IMG/VR virus record: IMGVR_UViG_3300027762_000001
DNA: 64,000 nucleotides
Origin: a virus
Direction: 5' to 3' (one strand)
Made by a program: the position numbers and the translations under genes. Below are positions 1 through 9,303 of the stretch, piece by piece. How positions within the stretch are numbered: position 1 is the stretch's first letter; each line of letters starts with the position of its first letter. Under the pieces are notes generated by a model. It had not been told where the DNA came from, made no database searches, and saw only the letters and a list, made by a program, of their open reading frames with translations.

Positions 1-1
1 T

Positions 2-1705
2 AGTATTAAAGTTAAAATGAAAAGCTATGGAGTTGATAATAACGATATAGTAGACTCAATTTTAAAAGAAGTAAATGATATGCAAAATAAGTCTATTGCT
101 AGATATTCAAATATTCCTAAAATAAAAATAAGTCAATATTTCAATGTGCGAAATAATGATGCATACTTTTATTTCAATTATGTTAAAGATGATGGCGGTG
201 CAAGAAGAAAACTTCCATTCTTAATAAGAAATGATAAGGCCTTAATAAGACTTGATTTATTAAGAAGGAAAGATGAGCAATGTCTAATTTTAATTGATAA
301 TAAGTACGAACTTCCTTTAGAGGTACCTAATGCATTATTTGATTTTGATGATTGTTCATTAACTCAAGATGTTGTGGAAGACTATATGGAAGGTGTTATT
401 CCCAAAGATGAATTAGAGCCTGGATATCTCATAAAACAAATAGAAAATTATGTAAAGAAATTTTATTGTGCTGAAAACGATAATGTATATAAGATTTTGG
501 CACTTTATTGTTTTATGACTTATTTTTATGAATTATTTGGACAGATACCATATCTTCATTTACAAGGATTAAAAGGCTCAGGTAAATCAGTTTTAGATTC
601 AATATTAAAAATGTTTTGTTTTAATGCTAAGCTAACTGTAAACATGTCAGATGCAGCACTTTTTAGAATGGCTTCAATTGAGGGTGGAACTATAATATTA
701 GATGAAGTTGAAAACTTAACTGTAAAGTCTAAAGTTAATGATTCTATAATGGCATCAGTTTTAAAAGGTGGATACACAAGAGGCTTTCCTGTTTACAGAG
801 TTAATCTTGAAAAAGGTATAAATGATAAATTTGATTGTTTCTGCCCAAAGATAATATCTAATATAGAAGGATTAGAGTCTGTTATATGTGACAGATTTAT
901 AATGATTAACTCATATAAGATAAAATCCTTGACTAACGAGACAAGGCTTGAAGACCCAAAGAATTACTATGCAGAATATGCTGACAAAGTAAAAGCTGTA
1001 ACAGGCAGATGCTGCTTATCTGCTCTTGAGAATTTTCAAAAATTACATCAAATTTATAACTTAAATACCTTTGAAACATTAAACCCTAGACTTAGTCAGA
1101 TATTAACTCCTGTACTTGCAATTGCAAAAATGGCAGATGAAAAAGAGAGAATGCAAACTAAAAAATCAATGGGTGAATACGAGAGGGCCCTTATGGAGTT
1201 TTATGAAACTAATATACAAAGAGATAAGCGTATAGTGAGAAATGATACTGTAGATGGTATATTAGAAGATATAATCCCTATAATAGCAATGGAGTTATAT
1301 GGACTTATACCTGAAGCTAAAAGGGAATATACTGTCACTCAGCACCATAAGTATAAAGAGGCTATTTCGTTTAATAGAAAAGAAGGGTGGTTCGAACTTA
1401 ATATTCTTCATTTTAAATGTTTTATAGAGGAACATATGCCAGGAGATTCAGTGAATCCAAGAATGATTCCTAAGTGGGTTAAATCAGCTTTTAATATAAA
1501 GGAATCTGATATTAAAAGAAAAATGGTTACAATTGAAAATGAAGAACTATTAAAAGAATTTAAAGGTAACACTAAAACTAAAGTAAATGTTTATAGATTC
1601 TATTTTGACCAATATATCGGAAGTAATTTTTTAATTGATACTGAAGATGAAATTGAAGATGATACTGAGGGTGAAGCTAAATCTATAGATGATAAGTTAT
1701 TTTAA
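2..1705 (+). CDS. C-terminal part of a phage primase-helicase-like P-loop ATPase (5' truncated)
   Basis: Walker A GLKGSGKS and Walker B IILDEVE; frame is open back to the window start. Confidence 0.65.
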   Translation, partial: SIKVKMKSYGVDNNDIVDSILKEVNDMQNKSIARYSNIPKIKISQYFNVRNNDAYFYFNYVKDDGGARRKLPFLIRNDKALIRLDLLRRKDEQCLILIDNKYELPLEVPNALFDFDDCSLTQDVVEDYMEGVIPKDELEPGYLIKQIENYVKKFYCAENDNVYKILALYCFMTYFYELFGQIPYLHLQGLKGSGKSVLDSILKMFCFNAKLTVNMSDAALFRMASIEGGTIILDEVENLTVKSKVNDSIMASVLKGGYTRGFPVYRVNLEKGINDKFDCFCPKIISNIEGLESVICDRFIMINSYKIKSLTNETRLEDPKNYYAEYADKVKAVTGRCCLSALENFQKLHQIYNLNTFETLNPRLSQILTPVLAIAKMADEKERMQTKKSMGEYERALMEFYETNIQRDKRIVRNDTVDGILEDIIPIIAMELYGLIPEAKREYTVTQHHKYKEAISFNRKEGWFELNILHFKCFIEEHMPGDSVNPRMIPKWVKSAFNIKESDIKRKMVTIENEELLKEFKGNTKTKVNVYRFYFDQYIGSNFLIDTEDEIEDDTEGEAKSIDDKLF

Positions 1706-1718
1706 AAAAAATCCAAAT

Positions 1719-1739
1719 ATAGTATAAGTAATAAAAGCA
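1719..1739 (+). promoter_or_regulatory. Repeated intergenic motif ATAGTATAAGTAATAAAAGCA (candidate phage-specific promoter)
   Basis: 19/21 identical to 44792-44812; precedes the small-gene cluster; followed by a hairpin. Confidence 0.5.
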
Positions 1740-1799
1740 GGTAAAGTATTTTTTTACTTGCTTATTTTTTATTCTAAAAAAAAGAGAGGGGTAAGTTTT

Positions 1800-2003
1800 A
1801 TGGATTTTAAAAGTATAGCAAAGGGTGCGGGTAAATTTGTTTTGGGTATAGGCTTTACAGGTATAAGTGCATTTGGGGTTTTTTGTGGTATTAAGTCTTG
1901 CAGTGATAGTGTTGACGACATGTTTGAATCTTTCAATGAAGATTTAGACGATGAAGATTTAGATGAAATGATTGACAATATAATCAACGAGGAGGAGGAA
2001 TAG
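1800..2003 (+). CDS. Small membrane-associated protein with acidic tail
   Basis: SD GAGGGG before ATG 1800; MDFKSIAKGAGKFVLGIGFTGISAFGVFCG then a D/E-rich tail. Confidence 0.7.
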   Translation: MDFKSIAKGAGKFVLGIGFTGISAFGVFCGIKSCSDSVDDMFESFNEDLDDEDLDEMIDNIINEEEE

Positions 2004-2005
2004 TT

Positions 2006-2146
2006 ATGAATGGGATGTTAAAGAAAGTTTTAAAAGCTTCGGCAAAGGCAGTAACTTATACTGCAACTGCTATACTAGCAGTTGGTCTAACTAAAGGTAT
2101 CAACAATTTTATGGTTGATACAATCTTCGGTAAAGACGAAGATTAA
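2006..2146 (+). CDS. 46-aa basic/hydrophobic peptide (not in ORF track)
   Basis: SD GGAGGAGG; MNGMLKKVLKASAKAVTYTATAILAVGLTKGINNFMVDTIFGKDED. Confidence 0.7.
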   Translation: MNGMLKKVLKASAKAVTYTATAILAVGLTKGINNFMVDTIFGKDED

Positions 2147-2155
2147 ATATTTCAA

Positions 2156-2191
2156 TTAAAAGCAGTTAGCCCTTAAACTAACTGCTTTTAA
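2156..2191 (+). terminator. Intrinsic terminator-like hairpin
   Basis: TTAAAAGCAGTTAG...CTAACTGCTTTTAA. Confidence 0.65.
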
Positions 2192-2207
2192 TATTTTTTA
2201 GAAAAAA

Positions 2208-2228
2208 CTAGCATAAGATATAAAACAA
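2208..2228 (+). promoter_or_regulatory. Variant of the repeated intergenic motif (CTAGCATAAGATATAAAACAA)
   Basis: 17/21 match to 44792-44812; lies just after a terminator. Confidence 0.4.
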
Positions 2229-2343
2229 CAGAAGGGAGCTAAAAAAAACGTCATAAAAGAGAGGAGCTGAATAAAATCTTTAATAGAAATTGTTTGCAGT
2301 GATTAAGCTTTTAGTTGATATTAAATTACAAAGGAGAAAAATC

Positions 2344-2532
2344 ATGGACAAAAAAGAATTGGGGAAAATAGGTTTAAAAGCTTTGAAGGCAATAGGTATA
2401 GTGGGGGCATGTGGTTTGGGAGGAGAGTATTTAAGGCAATTAGGAAAAGAATACTCGAAAGATGGAGTTAATCTTGGAAAGCAAGCATGCAACTATAGTT
2501 TTAATTTATTTAAAGATTTATTTGGAAAGTAG
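2344..2532 (+). CDS. Small amphipathic protein
   Basis: SD AAGGAG; MDKKELGKIGLKALKAIGIVGACGLGG. Confidence 0.7.
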   Translation: MDKKELGKIGLKALKAIGIVGACGLGGEYLRQLGKEYSKDGVNLGKQACNYSFNLFKDLFGK

Positions 2533-2623
2533 ATAAGGGGTTTAATTTGATATTATATTATATTAGTTATTTTCAAACAAGTATTCATACTTGTTTTTTA
2601 TTTTTCGAGAAAGGAGAAAATTT

Positions 2624-3388
2624 ATGTTAATGTTATTTCATAAATTTATCAAAAGAGTTCCTTTTGATAAAATAGCTCCATTTAATAGTGAGGATTTACT
2701 TTTGATAATGTCCCCGAAAACTGCAATAGTATTAAAATCTATAATGAATGATTTCAATGAGAGATTTTTAATTAAGGATATTATAATTAATAATAAAAAA
2801 GTTTTTGGAGAAAAAGATTTTAATGAAAGATGTAAAGATTTTGCAAACATAATGAGTTCAAGAATAGAAAGATACTTTGAATCTAATAAAAGTAAATATA
2901 TTTTCTTTGATGAAGAGGAACAACTATTTTTAAAAGATTTATTTCATAAAAATAGTTTATCTTGCATCGTTGAAGTTTATTTTAAAATAGACGATTCATT
3001 CCAAAAAGTGGATGTAGAAAAGATTAATATAAATGATTTTAGATTAGTAAGAAGAGATCTATCTAAACTTGGAGTTATAGAGGCTATGAAAGTTGAGCGA
3101 TACCACAATCTAATATCTAGGAAATCAGGCAGAGTCAATAGAAAAAAAGGATTCTTTAATTTTAATGATTTTATAAGTAATTCGGAGAAGTCAAAAATTG
3201 AAACATTAAAATTAATGTACCCTTCATTAAGTGAGGTAAGCAGTAAAGAGGATTTCAAAGTTTGTTACAAAAAATTAGCAAAGAAATTTCATCCAGACTT
3301 AAACCCAGGAAAAGAAGAAAAGTTTAAAAGGATGAAGGATAATTTCGAGTACCTCAAAAAGACAAAGTGGCATAAAAATTTAAAATAA
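2624..3388 (+). CDS. Protein with C-terminal DnaJ J-domain
   Basis: YKKLAKKFHPDLNPGKEEKFKRMKDNFEYL (HPD motif); SD AAGGAG. Confidence 0.85.
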   Translation: MLMLFHKFIKRVPFDKIAPFNSEDLLLIMSPKTAIVLKSIMNDFNERFLIKDIIINNKKVFGEKDFNERCKDFANIMSSRIERYFESNKSKYIFFDEEEQLFLKDLFHKNSLSCIVEVYFKIDDSFQKVDVEKININDFRLVRRDLSKLGVIEAMKVERYHNLISRKSGRVNRKKGFFNFNDFISNSEKSKIETLKLMYPSLSEVSSKEDFKVCYKKLAKKFHPDLNPGKEEKFKRMKDNFEYLKKTKWHKNLK

Positions 3389-3407
3389 GGAGGGTGGTGT
3401 ATTTTAA

Positions 3408-3983
3408 TTGGACATTTCAACATTAACGCAGCTTGTAAATGCTGAAACAATGAAAGATTTAGCCTCTATTGATTCTATAGAAAAAGAAGACTTAAAGGGA
3501 AACGTATTAAATTCTGAAGAGACTGACAGAAAAATAGAGGAAAGAAGAAGAGCTGTAACCGCAGAGTCTCAATCTAGGTCAGTTGGACTTAACTCGCCTA
3601 GTACTCAAACTCCAAAAAGTACAACGGTAATTAGGTCGAGTGAGCCTCAGCCTCAAAGAGTTTACAATAATCCATATCCATACAATAATATTTATAATAA
3701 AACAGTTAAAACAGTTGAGTCTAAAGCTAAGGATTTTTCTGATAACATTTTCAAAAAAGCAGAAGAGTCAGTTAACAAAGAATATAAGTATAGAGAGGAT
3801 ATTAGAAAAGATAATTGGAATATCTTTGAATTAGAAGAAAAGGCAAAGCTAAGTAAAGAAAAGCCTAGAAAGAAGAAAAAGAAAATAGTATCTGATGAAT
3901 CAAAATTATTATTATTAAAAATGGGTGCCTATTCATTAAAAGCACTAATGGAATTAATTTATATTGAAACAAATAAAGATTAG
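3408..3983 (+). CDS. Hypothetical protein
   Basis: 191-aa ORF, TTG start, SD upstream. Confidence 0.65.
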   Translation: MDISTLTQLVNAETMKDLASIDSIEKEDLKGNVLNSEETDRKIEERRRAVTAESQSRSVGLNSPSTQTPKSTTVIRSSEPQPQRVYNNPYPYNNIYNKTVKTVESKAKDFSDNIFKKAEESVNKEYKYREDIRKDNWNIFELEEKAKLSKEKPRKKKKKIVSDESKLLLLKMGAYSLKALMELIYIETNKD

Positions 3984-3993
3984 GAGGATTATC

Positions 3994-4206
3994 ATGAAAG
4001 ATAATGAGACAAGTGAATTAAAAAAGATGCTTAAGAAAAAAGCTATAGAATTTTTAAAGAAGGCAGGAAAGAAGTTGGTACAGATTGCAATAATAGCTCT
4101 TATGGAAAAGTTTCTTAAAAAGATTTTAAGAAAAGCTAAAGATATTAACAGGAAAAATAATACGAATGAAGATATTACTGATTTTAGAACAGTTGAAGAA
4201 TTTTAA
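3994..4206 (+). CDS. Small Lys-rich amphipathic protein
   Basis: SD AGGAGG; KKAIEFLKKAGKKLVQIAIIALMEKFLKKIL. Confidence 0.7.
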   Translation: MKDNETSELKKMLKKKAIEFLKKAGKKLVQIAIIALMEKFLKKILRKAKDINRKNNTNEDITDFRTVEEF

Positions 4207-4276
4207 TATTTAATATACCCTCCAAAAAACAAAATATATATTATGAGGGGGTATCCCCTTACTATATATATTTTTG

Positions 4277-4305
4277 TTGACTATCTATATATGTTATGAT
4301 TTAAT
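4277..4305 (+). promoter_or_regulatory. SigmaA-type promoter for the tRNA-like RNA
   Basis: TTGACT-N17-TTTAAT with extended TG. Confidence 0.55.
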
Positions 4306-4323
4306 ATATGTAAATACAATTTA

Positions 4324-4480
4324 TGTCGGGTGGCGGAATAGGTAGACGCTAAAGGCAAATATGGGATAAAGCTAGGCAATATTGGTTCGAGTCCAATTTT
4401 ATAAGTCCATATGCGACTGGATAGACGTATCCAAGGGGAACAGCTTGGCTATTGCAGGGTGTAAATCCCTGCCCCGACAA
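4324..4480 (+). ncRNA. tRNA-like RNA with anticodon arm replaced by a ~100-nt structured insert containing a second T-arm
   Basis: Acceptor TGTCGGG/CCCGACA; Leu/Ser-type D-arm TGGCGGAATAGGTAGACGC; terminal arm GCAGGG-TGTAAAT-CCCTGC; internal ATTGG-TTCGAGT-CCAAT. Confidence 0.7.
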
Positions 4481-4500
4481 TTACAAGGAGGATTTATTTA

Positions 4501-4644
4501 ATGGAGAAAAATAATAATCAATTACAATTTGCATTAATTTCTGTAGCACTAAAGTCATTAGGGAAAATGTTGGTAGATGTAGCAGAACAGATAATGGTTT
4601 ATAATAATGATAAAAAGGTGGAGACAACAAAAGAGGTGGAGTAA
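4501..4644 (+). CDS. 47-aa peptide (not in ORF track)
   Basis: SD AAGGAGG; MEKNNNQLQFALISVALKSLGKMLVDVAEQ... Confidence 0.6.
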   Translation: MEKNNNQLQFALISVALKSLGKMLVDVAEQIMVYNNDKKVETTKEVE

Positions 4645-4645
4645 A

Positions 4646-6535
4646 TTGATTTCAGTAGATTATAGTCGCGGATATATAATCCTAATTCCAGAACATGATA
4701 ATATTTCTGAATTAGGATTAATTTTTAAAAATGAAAAAGATATTGAATATGAATTTATTAAGGATGAAAAATTATATTATAATTTTTTTAAAGTTCCAGT
4801 AAAACATGTTAATTTATTAAATAAAAAATTAATGCCACTTAAAAATAAACTTGAACTCACCAGTAATTTTAAAGTATGGAGAGACGGATATAAGTCTAGT
4901 CAAAGTAAAACTATTATTCAGTGTGGAGTTATAAGAAGTTACATAAAAAGTAGTGAGAAAATTCCTCATAAAGAAATAGAGGAAGCTACGAGATACTTTT
5001 TTAAAGCCGCTAAATTTCACCCAAAATATAAAGAAGGAAAATGGGACGGATATATAAATCTTTATAAAAGGTGGGAGCACTCATTTCCAACAGGACTTTT
5101 ATTAGATGTAGAAAAAGTTTTAATAAAAAACAAAATAAAATATGAAGTTGAATACACTTATGATAGAACTCCAGAAAAACAATTTAACTGGGAAATTTGT
5201 GATGGAATAATTCCTGACCCTGATCAATTAGAGGCGGTAGAAAAGGCAGTGCAAGGTCTTCGCGGGACGGTTAAGGCACCTACAGGATATGGTAAAACTG
5301 CCATTTTAGCCAAAAGATTGATTGTTGAGCACAGCGTTCCTGCATTATTTGTAGCTAATAAGAAATCTCTTTTAGATGATGCGGCAGAGGAATTTCTAAA
5401 TGGAATCAAGGGTTTGGCGGGAGTTGAAGTTATAAAGGATGGTTACTTCGGAAGTACAAAAATGACGCCTGAGACAAAGAAAGTTGCACCACTATCAAAA
5501 CCTATCGTCGTTGCAACTATTCAGTCACTATCTGCAAGACTAAAAGATGAAAGAACTAGAGAGCATCTTTTAGATTGGCTTAGAAATATATGTAAGTTTG
5601 TAATGGTTGATGAGTGTCAAGCTGTTGGAACTAAAATTTGGGATGAAGTTTTAGAGGAATGTCACGCTCCGTATCGAATATATCTAAGTGCGACGCCTAG
5701 ACGAACTGATTCAGGAGTTATAAAATTAATTGCCGGTTCTGGACCAATACTTTTTACAACAACAGCAGAGAAGCAGATAGAGAAAGGAAGACTTTGTGAA
5801 CTTGACATAATGTATCAAGTTTACGACCATAAGCTTTACAATGAAGGTGATACTGATTTAAAATATGATGAAATATATAAAAGTTGTATAATAGAAAATG
5901 AAGAAAGAAATAGAGATTATATTGTGAATCCAGCTTTATCTATGGTTAAGGAAGGAAGGCATGTCTTAGTTTTAATTCAATACATAGATCATGGACACAT
6001 TATAAAAAATATGTTTCTAGAAGAAGGTCTTACACCTGAAGATGTAAGATTTATATGGGGAGAGACTCCTGATAAATTAAGAAAGAATTCTATTAAAGAA
6101 TTTAAAAAGGGAGAGTTTAAAATATTGATAGGCTCTACTATATTTGATGCAGGAGTTAATATTCCACTTATATCAGGGGTAGTTTTAGGTGGAGCTGGAA
6201 ATAGTGATATAACATTAATACAGAGAATAGGTAGGGGAGCTAGAAACTGTAAATATGAAGATATACTAGGTTATCTCCCTGAGTTTATGAAAAAAAATCA
6301 TAATAAAAAAATTACTAGAGTTTATGATATAATGGATATAAACACAAAGTTTTTTCACAAACAAGCTCTTAACAGATACTATAATGCAAAAGAAGAATTT
6401 GGTCATGATAGAGTACATCTTTTAGGCGGAGACACATCAGTTTTAAAAAGAAAAACCAAAATAAATAAAATAAACAAGGACATAGATCAAGCGTCAGCTC
6501 AGTTAAAAATGTTAATAGAGTTTTCAAATAAATGA
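4646..6535 (+). CDS. UvsW-like superfamily 2 DNA helicase
   Basis: APTGYGKT, VDECQ, SAT and QRIGRGAR motifs; N-terminal WDGYI; likely TTG start at 4646. Confidence 0.9.
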   Translation: MISVDYSRGYIILIPEHDNISELGLIFKNEKDIEYEFIKDEKLYYNFFKVPVKHVNLLNKKLMPLKNKLELTSNFKVWRDGYKSSQSKTIIQCGVIRSYIKSSEKIPHKEIEEATRYFFKAAKFHPKYKEGKWDGYINLYKRWEHSFPTGLLLDVEKVLIKNKIKYEVEYTYDRTPEKQFNWEICDGIIPDPDQLEAVEKAVQGLRGTVKAPTGYGKTAILAKRLIVEHSVPALFVANKKSLLDDAAEEFLNGIKGLAGVEVIKDGYFGSTKMTPETKKVAPLSKPIVVATIQSLSARLKDERTREHLLDWLRNICKFVMVDECQAVGTKIWDEVLEECHAPYRIYLSATPRRTDSGVIKLIAGSGPILFTTTAEKQIEKGRLCELDIMYQVYDHKLYNEGDTDLKYDEIYKSCIIENEERNRDYIVNPALSMVKEGRHVLVLIQYIDHGHIIKNMFLEEGLTPEDVRFIWGETPDKLRKNSIKEFKKGEFKILIGSTIFDAGVNIPLISGVVLGGAGNSDITLIQRIGRGARNCKYEDILGYLPEFMKKNHNKKITRVYDIMDINTKFFHKQALNRYYNAKEEFGHDRVHLLGGDTSVLKRKTKINKINKDIDQASAQLKMLIEFSNK

Positions 6536-6551
6536 AAAGGACCTTAAGTCT

Positions 6552-6758
6552 ATGGAGAAAAAAAGAGTTAGATGTCCCTTTTGTTATCAAAGAGAATCTG
6601 TTGGTTTTTTAAAGGGTAGTATTTGCAAAAGATATTTTTGCAAATACTGTTGCATTGAATTTTCTATTAAAAATGGTGTTCTTGAAATTTTTGAATTAGA
6701 CGGTAATGGTATTGCTTATTTAGTTACAGATGATGATGAGTCATCTGTAACTAAATAG
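6552..6758 (+). CDS. Small Zn-ribbon protein
   Basis: CPFC...CKYC. Confidence 0.55.
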   Translation: MEKKRVRCPFCYQRESVGFLKGSICKRYFCKYCCIEFSIKNGVLEIFELDGNGIAYLVTDDDESSVTK

Positions 6759-6778
6759 TGAGGAGATAATACGGGACA

Positions 6779-7153
6779 CTAATTTTCGAAGGCTTTATTT
6801 AAAATTCCAGAATCTTTAATCATAACATTTACTTTTCCAACCACTGATTCTCTAAAGTGTTCCACTTCTTCTTCTTTTAAAAATGGAAATTTTTTAACTA
6901 ACATTTTATCAAATTGATTTCTTTTTTCTTCTGCAGGGCATCCTTTATATTGTTGCTCTATAGCATAAAATGCATACTCTGCTACATTGTGCATAAAGTT
7001 ATACTGCTCAACACCCATCTTTTTAATTGTAGCTTCTTTTTGTGCTATAAGCAAGTCTAATGCATACTTTACGGCAAAAGTAATTGCGCCTCCTAATGAT
7101 AAAGCTATAATCTGAGTTAAGTGCTTCAATACTTCGTTTAATATTTCTGACAT
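6779..7153 (-). CDS. Holin (LL-H-like)
   Basis: Single N-terminal TM, AFYAIEQ motif, directly downstream of the endolysin. Confidence 0.7.
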   Translation of the reverse strand: MSEILNEVLKHLTQIIALSLGGAITFAVKYALDLLIAQKEATIKKMGVEQYNFMHNVAEYAFYAIEQQYKGCPAEEKRNQFDKMLVKKFPFLKEEEVEHFRESVVGKVNVMIKDSGILNKAFEN

Positions 7154-7167
7154 AAGTTCCAACCCCT

Positions 7168-8868
7168 TTATCTAAATTTTTGTGCTACTTTATATATAAG
7201 CCAATATACGTTGTCATCTAGAGATGCTTTATTTATCCATAAATTTCTACTCTCAACTATATCGTTACTATATAATACATTTACACTTTTATAGATGTTT
7301 GTTAATTTTTCATCTGATAATACCTTGGATAATTTATCATATGTCTGGGGTCCAACTTTGCCATCAACAGTTAGTCCAGATGTATTTTGAAAATCTTCTA
7401 TGGCCTCTTTAGTTAATGTGCCTATTACCCCATCTTCAGTTAACTTATAGCCTATATTATTTAAGCTAACTTGAATATTTTTAATCTCAATTTTTTCTCC
7501 TTCTTTTTGGCTTTCCTCTAATGACTTTATAACTTCTTTTAACTTATTATCAGTTTGAAGACCATATATGCCATCTGCAGTTAAATTATGTTGAGATTGA
7601 AAACTTCTTATAGCTCCTTTAGTTATTGGTCCCATTATGCCATCTGCAACTAAGTTATATCCTAGTCTATTTAAATTTTCTTGTATTTGTAGAGTTGTAA
7701 ATTGAGGGGTCGGAGCAGCTACCTTTAAGGGTTCTTCGATATGGTTTTTTACATCATTTATATATATTCTAGGGTCTACTCTTTTAGCATCTTTTTCCCA
7801 TCCATTTCTAACTTCTAAATGTAAATGTTTAGTTGTAGCATTTCCTGTTGCTCCTTGTAAACCTATGGGCATTCCATCTTTAACCTCTTGATTATTTGAA
7901 ACTAAATAATTCTCTAAGTGAGAATATATAACTGACCATCCAGCATAAGGACCAGAAGCTATTTTAACTTCAACATATTTACCATATCCAGAAGGATCAC
8001 TTTTAATGAGTGCTGTTCCAGGACTTCCTATATGAGATATAAAGTCTTTATTTAATATAAAATCTATTCCATGGTGATTATATCCGACTCTTTGCTCGCC
8101 ATAATCACTTGTGATAATAGAGTCATCAAGCCACTCCACACCTGTGCCCGGAAGGGCTTTTTTTGTTTTATTTTTTAACGCCTCATTTAATTTTGCAATA
8201 GTTAATGGCCCAACTATTCCATCTGCGACTAAGCCATTTTTACCTTGAAAATCTTTAATTGCACTTTTTGTTAAAGGACCTATATCACCATCTGCAACTA
8301 AACTATATCCAAGGGAATTTAATGATATTTGAATCCATATAGCATCATAAGTATCATCATTAGATATTCCTAATGATGGAGCCTCGCCACCTTGTATAGC
8401 AGCCTTAAACTCATTCCACTTAGCCCAGTTGTTAGCTGCCATTGTGCCAGGACAATTTTTTCTTGATGCATCATAATGTCTTACAACTTTTGAGGCTGGA
8501 ATATCTAGCTCTTTCATTAAATGCTTGGTTAACTCAATAGTTTTAATGAAGGCAACATTATAGTCGCTATCGGCGTTTACACATATTTCAATACTGATAG
8601 AATTTCTGTTAGTAATGTCATAAGCACCTTTTCCATCTCCTACTGCCCATGTGTAATATTTTCTAAAATTGTTAATTTGTAGTATTTGCTTATCATCTAC
8701 AAAAAAATCTGCTGAAGCATTTCTGTCTGCCGTATTAAAATAGACATAATGCATTTCTGCATTTGCGCCAGAACGTGCATTACCAGTATCATGAATAACT
8801 AAGTAGTCTATTTTACTGCGCTCCATGGGTGTCCTGTTATAAGCTATTTGTTTAAAATTGATGTTCAT
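7168..8868 (-). CDS. Modular endolysin: Amidase_2 + PG-binding + M23 peptidase + 2 PG-binding domains
   Basis: VIHDTGN...SISIEIC...RHYDASRKNCPG; HHGIDF and HLHLEVR; repeated DGIxGPxT. Confidence 0.9.
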   Translation of the reverse strand: MNINFKQIAYNRTPMERSKIDYLVIHDTGNARSGANAEMHYVYFNTADRNASADFFVDDKQILQINNFRKYYTWAVGDGKGAYDITNRNSISIEICVNADSDYNVAFIKTIELTKHLMKELDIPASKVVRHYDASRKNCPGTMAANNWAKWNEFKAAIQGGEAPSLGISNDDTYDAIWIQISLNSLGYSLVADGDIGPLTKSAIKDFQGKNGLVADGIVGPLTIAKLNEALKNKTKKALPGTGVEWLDDSIITSDYGEQRVGYNHHGIDFILNKDFISHIGSPGTALIKSDPSGYGKYVEVKIASGPYAGWSVIYSHLENYLVSNNQEVKDGMPIGLQGATGNATTKHLHLEVRNGWEKDAKRVDPRIYINDVKNHIEEPLKVAAPTPQFTTLQIQENLNRLGYNLVADGIMGPITKGAIRSFQSQHNLTADGIYGLQTDNKLKEVIKSLEESQKEGEKIEIKNIQVSLNNIGYKLTEDGVIGTLTKEAIEDFQNTSGLTVDGKVGPQTYDKLSKVLSDEKLTNIYKSVNVLYSNDIVESRNLWINKASLDDNVYWLIYKVAQKFR

Positions 8869-8879
8869 AATGTTTCACC

Positions 8880-9122
8880 TCACGCAAAAATTTTTTTTAT
8901 AATATCTATTATCTCTAAAGCTAAATTTTTGTCAGATAGTTGTGTCGAAAGGAGGCCTGAGCTTGCTATTATTGTAAGGAGCAAAGTTATAAACCAGTAA
9001 GTTGTTTTATCAATTTTCTTTTTAATTTCTTGAATCTCCTTCGTCTGCTCTGTAATAACGGCGATATTCAAATCATGTTCTCTGATAATTGTTTCTTGTT
9101 TACATTCATGATTATCTTTCAT
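8880..9122 (-). CDS. Small holin/XhlA-like membrane protein
   Basis: Coiled coil followed by one TM; lies before the endolysin. Confidence 0.55.
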   Translation of the reverse strand: MKDNHECKQETIIREHDLNIAVITEQTKEIQEIKKKIDKTTYWFITLLLTIIASSGLLSTQLSDKNLALEIIDIIKKIFA

Positions 9123-9157
9123 AAAAAAAATCACCCCTATACCATTTTATCACTTAT

Positions 9158-9194
9158 AAAAAAAACAGACAAACATTTAAGTCTGTCTGTTTTT
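9158..9194 (-). terminator. Intrinsic terminator
   Basis: AAAAACAGAC...GTCTGTTTTT hairpin with T-run on the minus strand. Confidence 0.65.
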
Positions 9195-9203
9195 AAAGGA
9201 ATT

Positions 9204-9302
9204 TTATGACAATTCAGTTTGATAAGGCTCAGGTATATCTATTAGGGCTATTCTTTCCATCTTAAGTAAGAATGCATATAATCTTAATATTCTTTGATCC
9301 AT
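9204..9302 (-). CDS. 32-aa XkdX/CD1375-like small tail-region protein (not in ORF track)
   Basis: SD AGGAGG; MDQRILRLYAFLLKMERIALIDIPEPYQTELS. Confidence 0.55.
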   Translation of the reverse strand: MDQRILRLYAFLLKMERIALIDIPEPYQTELS

Positions 9303-9303
9303 A

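Noticed and set aside
4324-4480. Canonical tRNA-Leu, tmRNA or group I intron-containing tRNA
   Set aside because: No identifiable anticodon stem-loop, too short for tmRNA or a group I intron, no evident tag ORF
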